Shown piece by piece: positions 56,401 to 63,836 of a stretch of 63,836 nucleotides of DNA. The notes under the pieces are model-generated. The model was not told the origin of the DNA. It saw only the letters and a list, made by a program, of their open reading frames with translations, and did no database searches. The stretch is from Phoronis australis (Eukaryota; Animalia; Phoronida): positions 1-63,836 of the forward strand of contig NMRA01000026.1 of assembly GCA_002633005.1 (NCBI GenBank). Direction: 5' to 3'. Both the position numbers and the translations under genes were made by a program. How positions within the stretch are numbered: position 1 is the stretch's first letter; every line of letters begins with the position of its first letter.

Positions 56401-59400
56401 TTAATGTTGACAGGTTGGTTACTTCAGCCTTCAAATCTCAAAACATTGCAGTTGGCATATATCCTAACTTATCCCAATACGAAAAAGCCCATATTGCCAG
56501 TGAACAGAGTGCAATATGTTCTCTAAGCCATTATTCAAGTCATGGGCAACTTGATATGAGCCAACTGTGTGTCTGCAGTACTATTGAATTGAAAAGTTAT
56601 GCAACACTAAACTGGTGTTAACACATGTAAGAAAATTGATGATTTGTAAATAAAAAGTATGAAGAGTAAGATAAACAAGTTCCAATATTCACTTGACATA
56701 GAAGTATAAAAGAGTTCATGGAGACAGTTTGAGATTCATAGATCCTTATAATTGAAAAAATGTTCATTGAAATTATAGACACATGGTGAACAGAGACACC
56801 TGGAGGCTGCCAAAAGTATTGCTCACAGGCTACTTTAGTTTTTGACAATATTGGACAAGACAACTAGTTCTTGTCTGTCAATCATCTAAGTTCTTAACAG
56901 GTCCTCCTGGAGGCAATTTGTTTGCAAGTGTTGGATTTTATATTTTAACCCATTAAAAATAATTAAAAAATTATGGGTCATGGGTTGGAGAAATAAATGA
57001 AAAATATGGGCGGTGGGTACGAAATAAAAGTGCCTTCCCCCCTCCCATAAAGATTTTGCTGGAACAGCCCTAAGGAGAAACAGGAAAGGTAACTACATAA
57101 AGGTGACCCGAGGGTCAGAGGTCGTGATCTCCTGCTGTCTTGTGCCTGTGGTGCGATACCATCGCACAGTGGGTATGGGGTCACCAGCAACACGGCAGGT
57201 CATCGTAAGCATCTTCTCCTTGATGACCCGAAGAGGGAGTGGGGGTACGGTAAATATGGGCGCACCTGTGGGCAACAGAATACAAAATATCAAATAAATA
57301 AAATTCAGCAAAAACTTTTTGATCTTAATCAAAACTGAATGTTCACTATACTACAAGTCCTTAAAAACAAATGATACGAATTCTCTCTGATCATTATTTT
57401 GAAAACGAGACTAAACAAATAAAATTAACTTTAAGATTAAATTAAATTTGCATATTAAGCTTAATCAATTTAACAAAAAATCATGCTTAAATGTTCCAAT
57501 ATTCAGGATGGTATTTCCTTTGGATGACGTTAGTTTAGTAAAAGCTTGGTTTTTATAGAGTTTATCGTTGATTATATAATTACAACATAATAAAAGTGAC
57601 CAAACGTTTGACAACCCAAACTCATGACACGATAAATATTTGCCATAACCTCAGCATGCTACACAATGGCAACAACTTACCGTTAACAGTGAGCGTTGCC
57701 GCCTTGGACGTACGAGATGATGGAATTGCGTATTGATTCTCAGCAACGCAGAAATATGAGCCAGCATCTCCCAACTGGACATTGGAGAAATAGAGGTCAC
57801 CACTGGGCAGGATCTGTACAGAGAATGTGCCGGATCGTTCGTTGAGGCGCTGGTTGTCTTTGTACCAGAGGACGGACGCTGGTGCAGGAGTGCTCTGAGG
57901 AGGTGTGCAGTGGAGAGTTGCAGTGTTTCCCGCTATGGCGGAAGTGTCCTCGGGCTGTCGGACAAACACGGTGGCGAGTCCTGGCGAAAAAAAGGGTGAT
58001 GAAAATGAGTCTTATAAATGAATTTATGTACTTGGAATATTACATCAAATACTACAACAGTAAGTGACAGCTTTACTAACACAAGTTAAATTCCAGTAAG
58101 TTATGTGAGGGGAGGCACGTTTTCACTAGTCAACCAGCCCTCTTGCATAACTGGCAGGGCCTTCCCGGGCTTTGTGCAATTTACCTGCAATGCTGTGGTA
58201 TACTAGGGCAACCATCTCACTGCAGTAGCCAGCCTGCTTGCAAATCCCAATGTTAAAGCAATAATTGTTTTGAGAAGAGTCAGTAACCATCACGAGGCAG
58301 ACTTACGTGCAACTTTCATATTTGATGGATTGGAATCTGTGTGGCCAATGCTGTTATTGCCTCTGCACACGTAAGTCCCTGCATCCGTCTGCTTCACGTT
58401 GAGGAATTGCAGAGAGCCATTGCCCGTTACGTATCTGTCTCCGTCATTCGCTAAAGTGCGGCCATCTTTTATCCAGGTCACGACAGGTGGCGGGTGGCCA
58501 ACGACAAAGCATGACAACAAATATGGCTGATTTTCTGCCGCTATGACTGAGGCAGGAGGTTCCTGTTCAATTGTTGGGGCTCTTTGAGGTACTGTAAAGA
58601 ATGCAAACAATGTTTCTTAATAAGATCCTACTCTACTAGTCCAGAAGAACTTAATAGGTCACTTTAATTAGAAAAATACAAATTAAATTAGGAGAGGGGT
58701 GTTAACCCATTAATGGGTGGTCAACAGTAAAATATTTGAAAAGTTGTACTTTGACGTTTACGCAACCTGCAAAGCTGAATGACAAACCAAGGAATTGCAC
58801 TTTTGAAAAAGCAGCACTTCATGAGCAATTAGAGTTAAAGAAAACTTTCCTGTAACACGGGTAATGCACTGTTTTGGGCGAGCAAATTGCAGGTGTTTTG
58901 CTGCTGAAATGAACAATCATGAAGGAACATGATGCTTTGAGGAATTAAAGTCCTGGGCCAGGGTTATAATCTTTTTTACTTGACATCATTTTTGGAATTT
59001 TCTATTTCTATTTTACTTTTTTGTGCAAAGTTTTTAAATACCCAATATTCTTTGCACAAGAATTTTATAGTATATGCTTACTAGTCCAAGTTTACACTTA
59101 ATGACCTCTAGATTTCAGGTAGAAAATAAAAGTCATAAGAGACTGTGACAAGTTGCGATACTCTTTTCAGAATTTTAAATTAGTCTTGGGCACTGTACTT
59201 GCATCTAATTAGACAAACTGGTCATATTACAAGTAACCAACACTTCATACACAAGTCAGTAGAGCCTGCAGCCGATGTGCCACAAAACATCCAATGTGAC
59301 CATAATGAGCAGAAGGCACATTGCAAAGTCAACTAAAATTGTTGAATATTAAGTTCTTCAGTACGCTTCGTGTTACAAAACATGAGATTTCAGTTGTACA

Positions 59401-62400
59401 TTTTACACAAATCCAATTTGGTTGTGTTCTCGCCGTTTTTTTTTGCTCTGAATCTAACTCTCCTTATTGCTAAATTTTACGAAAAACACTATGGGCACCA
59501 ACTTATGGCTCATTGGTATACTGAAAAATTTAAAAATTTTCAGGCTTGTAATTTTCAGAAAATACTTTCACACACGGCAAGTAAAATCTACAATTTAGTA
59601 CGTATTTGTTTAAATAGTACACAGACTTGTCAACACAAATCTAATATGGGTTTCATGACCAACAAAAGTTGAAGACGAACACCAAATGAAAAAATACAGT
59701 AAAAATTCTCCAGTTTAGGCCAATCTCCAAAACTTGGGACACTGAAGTTCAAGTCAAATTTGAGTCTTCTTGATACTAAAGATTGGTACACGTGTAATAA
59801 TTTTGGCGTGCGTCTCATTTTTCAAATATCGGACACTGCAGTTTGTATGAACAAAGTCCAGGATAAAATCATCTTTCTAGTAATTCTTCAATTTGAGAAG
59901 AACGATATTTCTAAAATTGGCACAACCTCCTGCTTTAGGGAAAATAAATACTTTTCCACTGTCTACAACACGAGAATTTTTACCGTGGACCATTTTCGAA
60001 AACTTACGTGTCACATTAATAAACGCAGGGTCGCTACGCACTTCTTTCTTGCTGACAGGGTTCCTAGCGACACACTTATAGTGGCCCTCATACAGTTTGA
60101 GACTTTTTACTTCAATTACTAAAGATTTTTGACGTGCACCACCATACTCTGAAATGAGGAACAGGCGCAATGAAAAGTAAAACAAAAATCAAATTGTTGT
60201 GAAATACGTGTCAATAAAAGCATAACTTACGGTCATTACATTCACTTAATATTAAAACATTTCATTGGAAATTTTTATGCTAAATGATAAATATTTGGCC
60301 AAAACATTATATAATATGGTGGCCCAGCGCTAAAGCCACATTCTGCCCATTTGGCTGTAAAATTAATGTTAATTCGCAACTCAAGAGTTTTGAGGTTTAA
60401 AAACATTACCACCCTCATCCGATCTTGAATTATTTGTCAAACAAGACGGCAACTAGAGTCACAGGCAATGAATACGTGGACCACTTCTGAATCCATGTGT
60501 TCTCCAGTTGTTGATATCTTCAATGTTCATGTTGGTAATAAACATTGACTCCTATCACCGTAAGGAATATATTGAGATCTATTTCATTCCAGTAAAATTC
60601 TTAATTCAATTTCCGCTCTTTAGCCAACAAAACAAGGCAAAATTCAGCTTTAAGTGACATCTTCATAAACTCAATGAATGTAAAGACCCCATTATATATT
60701 ATATATCTCAGGATCAAATTTTTATAGATTTTAAAATGACTTTGATCACATCATGCTTTATAAGGGAGGCTTTTTGAACTATTTAAGCTGGAGAGAAAAT
60801 AAAAGACAAATGCAATGCAACTTTTGTTTGAATACTAGGCAAATTATAAGATATGAAGAAAAAATATTAAAATGCAAATAAAATAAAATAATACAAATTA
60901 AAGAAAATTCATTACAACATGATAGAAAATCAATATAAAGGCTTGTAGCATATTTCCATTACAGTGTGTACGTGACTTGCAGTTACATTATTTGAGTTCA
61001 TTTTGAAAAACTTCAACAATTTGTCCTCAACAATTTAAAAATTCAAGTATTCAGAATAGACACAAGTTATGAAGTTTTTGATAAAATATTGACAAATACA
61101 CGTTTGTGCAAAATAAACTTATTAATATACAAAATGTCGCTTTGAAAACAAAAATGTTGAAGAAAAATCACAAAATGAACTCCTCTGTTGTGAAGTGGTG
61201 TACAGAAGCTTAAAAATGGCCGCCATATTGCCAAGCCATGCATGCCTCTGTGCAGTATAATAAAAATGGTACCTGCTTTTGAAATGTTTAAGACTGAAAG
61301 AACAATCAATACAACATTTGACTTATGCTTCAACATAAACTTAGTGGAAATGATGTGAAGAGATACAGGATCCCACAATGCATCACACTGGTGCAGCTGG
61401 GAAGTTGATCTAATTTCATAAGGACAAACACTCGCAAAGCATCCTAGGTCCTCTTAAATCACTCTAAAGGTGATTTTGCCACAGAGCTAACACATTTCTA
61501 AGAGATAAACAACACTTTGAAAAATTGACTGAAAATAAATATGGTCATCACAAATGGCTGTTTCTTGAACACACCTCGTACCATGATGTAACACCTCGTA
61601 CCATGATGTAAAATTGGTACTGTGTAACACATGTTCATCAAATCTACTTAAGGATACGATAAATAGTCGTACACTTAAAAAATTTCTGAGGTAAATCATG
61701 ATTGTTCTAAAAAATAATCCCACAGCAGAGTGTTGACAGACTTATATAGGATACAGAAAAGGGGAACAAAGGGTTTGACGGCATTCAACATCAGAGATAC
61801 CCCAGTACTGGAACATCTGGCTTTCAGAGGGACAGGAGCAGGGAGTCTGGCAGCAACAGGTATAAATGTGATAACAACCAATAGATGGGGCAACGATAAA
61901 GATTAGCTATTCTTAGCCTGGCTCTGACCTCCAGTGCAAGCCAACTATACAGTCACATTCTTGGCCGTATTGACTTTCTTATTGGGTAAAATCATGCAAA
62001 ATGACTAGCCTGATAGGTGTCGCAACCTTCACATTGAAAAATTAAAGAAAAGGATGAAAAAAAGTTTACATAAAACACCATTTGCTCGTTATTTTGGTAT
62101 TATTCTGTTCATAATGAGTTATATATCTAAATACAAAGATGAGTGCGCAGACGGTAGGATAAGGTTTGAATTAGTGCTGAGTAATACTATGAATTAGCAC
62201 CAGCTTAGTACATGAGGAGAGTGAGATCATAAAGGTGCTGCCGCTGCTACACAGACATCAACGAGGAATTAAAAGTAAAAGACGATTATTGTGTAGAAGG
62301 TACTAATCTGTGACCGTGTTGGGAAGGCCAGCTGTCGTTGCTTAGTTATTCGATGTCGTGTTTATGACCAACGATGTGCCAGAATAGATTGGAGCTGTCC

Positions 62401-62897
62401 ACTCTCTGCCAGGAACTAGACTATTAAAGTAAGTAACTGTCAGCTCTCACAAATTCTCATTCTTGGTTGAATGACGTCATAAAAACACAAGCATGGTATA
62501 AAACACGTATAAAATAAAATCAACTTTACTCCCATTGTTTCTTTAAATTTGTGGTCAGGATAAAATGTGTAGAGATATTTTCTCAAATTCTCTTCCAAAT
62601 GCAACATGATGACATAGCCTACAACAAGCAACTATTACGCAATCGACTTTCTGAACAATAGATTCTGAAAGTCAGATAACAAATTCAAAGGGCATTTTTT
62701 CAATGCATGCATACCTCGGCGGCCAAAGTTAAAGCCAGATGTCTGCACTCCGTCCCTGAACATGACTCCGTCTTTTTCCCACCACATCTCAGCAGGAGGG
62801 GCACTAAATCCTGAGACGCACTGGAGGACTGTTATTTGGGTCAAGCTCTCCACGATGTTGACCGATTTAGGCGACATAAAGAACTTGTCCTCAATAT
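35344..62897 (-). CDS. Large Ig/FN3 single-pass receptor (>=7 Ig + 5 FN3 + S/T/P stalk + TM + ~250 aa tail), 5'-partial, 25 exons, ~1518 aa within window
   Basis: 25 GT-AG exons join with consistent phase into one ORF ending VVVYDERTAL*. It has I-set Ig motifs (C..G.P.P...W.KDG; D.G.Y.C.A.N), FN3 motifs (W..P...NG; L.P...Y.F.V) and TM ILISVCVVGAILLFLLIFLIVCCCC. The first visible exon starts in phase 1, so the gene continues upstream. Confidence 0.9.
36167..36285 (-). CDS. Ig/FN3 receptor cytoplasmic exon 3
   Basis: ttttag|GT...CCA|gtaagt; GFENPNF...ELYAP. Confidence 0.8.
36822..37081. mobile_element. MITE family A-related subfamily copy
   Basis: catgcccgcacc...ggtgcgcgcatg TIRs; internal similarity to 6930-7140 and 19319-19530. 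Confidence 0.7.
37247..37367 (-). CDS. Ig/FN3 receptor cytoplasmic exon 2
   Basis: ttgcag|AAC...TTA G|gtaaga; NRGKDPIYDNAYTSMDEL. Confidence 0.8.
37656..37860. repeat. 29-bp minisatellite (7 copies)
   Basis: Unit gtgtgaatatgtcgagggcctcgtgtaaa. Confidence 0.93.
38025..38335 (-). CDS. Ig/FN3 receptor cytoplasmic exon 1
   Basis: tttcag|TC...AAG|gtaatg; phase 1-0, open frame. Confidence 0.82.
38886..39149 (-). CDS. Ig/FN3 receptor exon, S/T/P stalk and transmembrane helix
   Basis: NATEVPVTDPLEPAPTTLPPRTSTS...ILISVCVVGAILLFLLIFLIVCCCCQNIRKK; ends |gtgagt. Confidence 0.9.
39428..39550. repeat. Degenerate ~21-bp tandem repeat
   Basis: ttttctttgaatattcaacc units. Confidence 0.7.
40339..40447. repeat. 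~52-bp tandem duplication
   Basis: ttttagttgttcatttcccaagaacaaaatgtacca..catcagtggtaaag x2. Confidence 0.85.
40477..40503. mobile_element. 27-bp P-element-like remnant or excision footprint
   Basis: GTTGAAAC + CATAGACATC-ttaatgt-GATGTCTATG + GTTGAAAC: perfect 8-bp TSD and 10-bp inverted repeat. Confidence 0.7.
41709..41782. repeat. (CTAGCA)n hexamer microsatellite
   Basis: ~12 perfect units; preceded by 13-bp aattttggcaatt repeats (41632-41678). Confidence 0.93.
42764..42964. mobile_element. PIF/Harbinger-like MITE
   Basis: cag+gggcccgttc ... gaacgtgccc+cag (3-bp CAG TSD). Confidence 0.7.
43774..44010. repeat. 32-bp minisatellite (~7.5 copies) abutting a splice donor
   Basis: Unit ccaaccacaagtgacggtagtatgtctatcgt. 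Confidence 0.92.
44019..44189 (-). CDS. Ig/FN3 receptor exon, FN3-5 C-half
   Basis: TTRYPFRYPFINA...ISGLYPSSEYSFTIVAETSAGLG. Confidence 0.85.
44831..45016 (-). CDS. Ig/FN3 receptor exon, FN3-5 N-half
   Basis: PGPVKNV...LKWSAPDDPAGVILRYHITY. Confidence 0.9.
45500..45612 (-). CDS. Ig/FN3 receptor exon, FN3-4 C-half
   Basis: GLAPHSSYTFRIQAYT...GDGPFS. Confidence 0.9.
46052..46244 (-). CDS. Ig/FN3 receptor exon, FN3-4 N-half
   Basis: AAG acceptor; PSGSPENFKAVAQSSSKVLVTWE...NSIISGYRLE; absent from the ORF track. Confidence 0.86.
47107..47335 (-). CDS. Ig/FN3 receptor exon, FN3-3 remainder
   Basis: PIVDEEQNGPLLGYKVYY...GLLPWRVYIFEVAGYNTVGESPRS. Confidence 0.92.
47549..47619 (-). CDS. Ig/FN3 receptor exon, FN3-3 start
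   Basis: PSGTPRSTQLLVKSSREIQVSWQ|gtaagt; absent from the ORF track. Confidence 0.88.
48745..48918 (-). CDS. Ig/FN3 receptor exon, FN3-2 C-half
   Basis: IENLHPNRQYEFRVRG...WGNFS. Confidence 0.9.
49037..49344 (-). CDS. Ig/FN3 receptor exon, FN3-1 C-half and FN3-2 N-half
   Basis: VTGLSPAKDYLVRMASKNEIGIG...PSAPRNL...LSWETPAIKNGEIRKYQL. Confidence 0.92.
50349..50478 (-). CDS. Ig/FN3 receptor exon, FN3-1 N-half
   Basis: PPLPPILKEVKPMSTSSISATWQP...VTGFVIEYKE; absent from the ORF track. Confidence 0.88.
51173..51448 (-). CDS. Ig/FN3 receptor exon, Ig-G
   Basis: LTCNLVGSPTPRITWLKDG...DAGQYSCSAKN. Confidence 0.92.
51734..51810 (+). mobile_element. tRNA-derived SINE head fragment
   Basis: tttagtgg...ggtcctgggttcaagtcccag (B box, T-arm); no complete cloverleaf. 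Confidence 0.5.
51976..52129 (-). CDS. Ig/FN3 receptor exon, Ig-F C-half
   Basis: HAGIYTCQAMN; tandem CAGCAGCAG acceptor, so the start could also be 52126 or 52123. Confidence 0.88.
52735..52850 (-). CDS. Ig/FN3 receptor exon, Ig-F N-half
   Basis: PSFIKRPADV...LECKVSGIPPPVVTWTFQ|gtatgg. Confidence 0.9.
53515..53667 (-). CDS. Ig/FN3 receptor exon, Ig-E C-half
   Basis: LEIVTVTTADQGQYKCSATN; ends |gtgagt. Confidence 0.9.
54252..54278. repeat. (TAC)n microsatellite
   Basis: tattactactactac... Confidence 0.85.
54404..54517 (-). CDS. Ig/FN3 receptor exon, Ig-E N-half
   Basis: PPEIIRGIGNVVGVAGNRVLLSCNVYADPTAAVTWYK; absent from the ORF track. Confidence 0.88.
55359..55480 (-). CDS. Ig/FN3 receptor exon, Ig-D C-half
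   Basis: MTIANMNKGDEGTYKCTATN; phase 2-1. Confidence 0.88.
56251..57070. mobile_element. PIF/Harbinger-like non-autonomous element, 820 bp
   Basis: taa+gggctgttccagtaaaatc ... gattttgctggaacagccc+taa (TAA TSD). Confidence 0.78.
57097..57265 (-). CDS. Ig/FN3 receptor exon, Ig-D N-half
   Basis: APIFTVPP...MTCRVAGDPIPTVRWYR; phase 1-2. Confidence 0.88.
57681..57980 (-). CDS. Ig/FN3 receptor exon, Ig-C
   Basis: LHCTPPQSTPAPASVLWYKD...DAGSYFCVAEN; phase 1-1. Confidence 0.92.
58307..58591 (-). CDS. Ig/FN3 receptor exon, Ig-B
   Basis: LSCFVVGHPPPVVTWIKDG...DAGTYVCRGNN; phase 1-1. Confidence 0.92.
60008..60148 (-). CDS. Ig/FN3 receptor exon, Ig-A C-half
   Basis: tttcag|AG...ACA C|gtaagt; YEGHYKCVARNPVS. 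Confidence 0.88.
61571..61611. repeat. 20-bp tandem duplication
   Basis: acacctcgtaccatgatgta x2. Confidence 0.85.
62715..62897 (-). CDS. Ig/FN3 receptor exon, Ig-A N-half
   Basis: tttag|AT...CGA G|gtatgc; IEDKFFMSPKSV...LQCVSGFSAPPAEMWWEKDG. Confidence 0.85.
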
Positions 62898-63344
62898 CTA
62901 AACATTAGAAAACCAAAACATTTAATGTAAAGATATCGAGACTACTCGTTATGATCATCATAGCTACCAACAAGCTTAAGACTTTTCATAAAACAAGCCC
63001 CGCTGCTCCATTTTATGATCCAGTACTTACTGGCAGACGAACAAAAACAATGCAAAATTAAAATGACTCCTGTTCCAACGAGCTCAGCTTTAAATTTTAA
63101 AGTGAATGCATTGGATAGATGGGGGTGAATAGAAATTTAGAAAGAATCCAAAAGCAGTTTGCAAGAGAGTGCTAATATTCTACAAACATTGGATATACTA
63201 CAATGGCACCATCTTAAGGTGACAATGCTCCAAATAATTGCCCAAATTTTTAAATTTAGATTCTTCATAGCCCAACAACCAATTATTAGTAACGAGAGCG
63301 CTCGGAGGAGCGACACTTGGCGGAATTAATCGAAAAGACGACGA

Positions 63345-63528
63345 ACACGATATCATTCATGTGACTAGCGAAGAAATCAAATAGAGAGCATACAATCAAC
63401 TACAATAAAGAATGAGGGAGACGACGATAATCATGAAGATCAAGACGGCAATTATGAATAACACGATAACATTCATGTGACTAGCGAAGAACTCAAATAG
63501 AGAGCATACAATCAACTACAATAAAGAA
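63345..63528. repeat. 115-bp period tandem duplication, probably inside a repeat element
   Basis: aacacgata.cattcatgtgactagcgaagaa.tcaaatagagagcatac... x2. Confidence 0.8.
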
Positions 63529-63836
63529 CAATAGATGGCGCAACATGGCGGACAAGCCATGTCTTTTCCCACATTCTAAAATAGGTGGCGATATGTGACA
63601 GTCTGCAAAGCAAAGTTATGTTTACAATAAGTATTTGGCCTGAAATTGTACAGTCTACAGAGTGCTATTCAGCCACAGTAGGACAGTGCTGGCTGGGTCA
63701 GTCTGGGTCAACTAGGCATAACCAAAACAAAGTGAACTGAAAGCCAGCCAGCTGCGTGCATACGTGACCGAAGGAACAACGTTATCCGAAAATCTCGAAT
63801 AATTCAAAAAGTAGACGTCGTAGCGCAAAATGGAAA

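Noticed and set aside
62342-62415. Possible Dscam-like mutually exclusive Ig half-exon (…SGTSLVINT…)
   Set aside because: In-frame stop and no YxC motif; no arrays of duplicated alternative Ig exons were seen anywhere in the gene.
63031-63090. Possible signal-peptide exon with gtaagt donor
   Set aside because: Hydrophobic in frame, but no in-frame Met before an upstream stop and a weak acceptor; not supportable.

Overview
This is eukaryotic, intron-rich, AT-rich genomic DNA from a bilaterian invertebrate (taxon not determinable here). I reconstructed three spliced genes by hand using GT-AG boundaries and reading-frame phase. (1) A FAM69/DIPK1-family kinase-like gene on the minus strand, with 4 coding exons and about 396 aa; its presumed catalytic Asp is Asn. 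(2) A complete 204-aa RPS5 gene on the plus strand, with a TOP/TCT-like 5' end and a YY1 motif. (3) The 3' part (25 exons, about 1518 aa) of a large minus-strand single-pass receptor with at least 7 Ig domains, 5 FN3 domains, an S/T/P stalk, a TM helix and a motif-rich tail of about 250 aa ending in a PDZ ligand; it fits no classical IgCAM family cleanly. Non-coding DNA contains several MITE families with identifiable TSDs, a Penelope-type minimal hammerhead ribozyme motif, a 27-bp P-element-like excision footprint, tRNA-derived SINE fragments, minisatellites and many CTCF-like motifs. A 1.36-kb tandem duplication at an N junction is probably an assembly artefact. No prokaryotic system or CRISPR array is present. 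All calls come from visual inspection, with no database searches.
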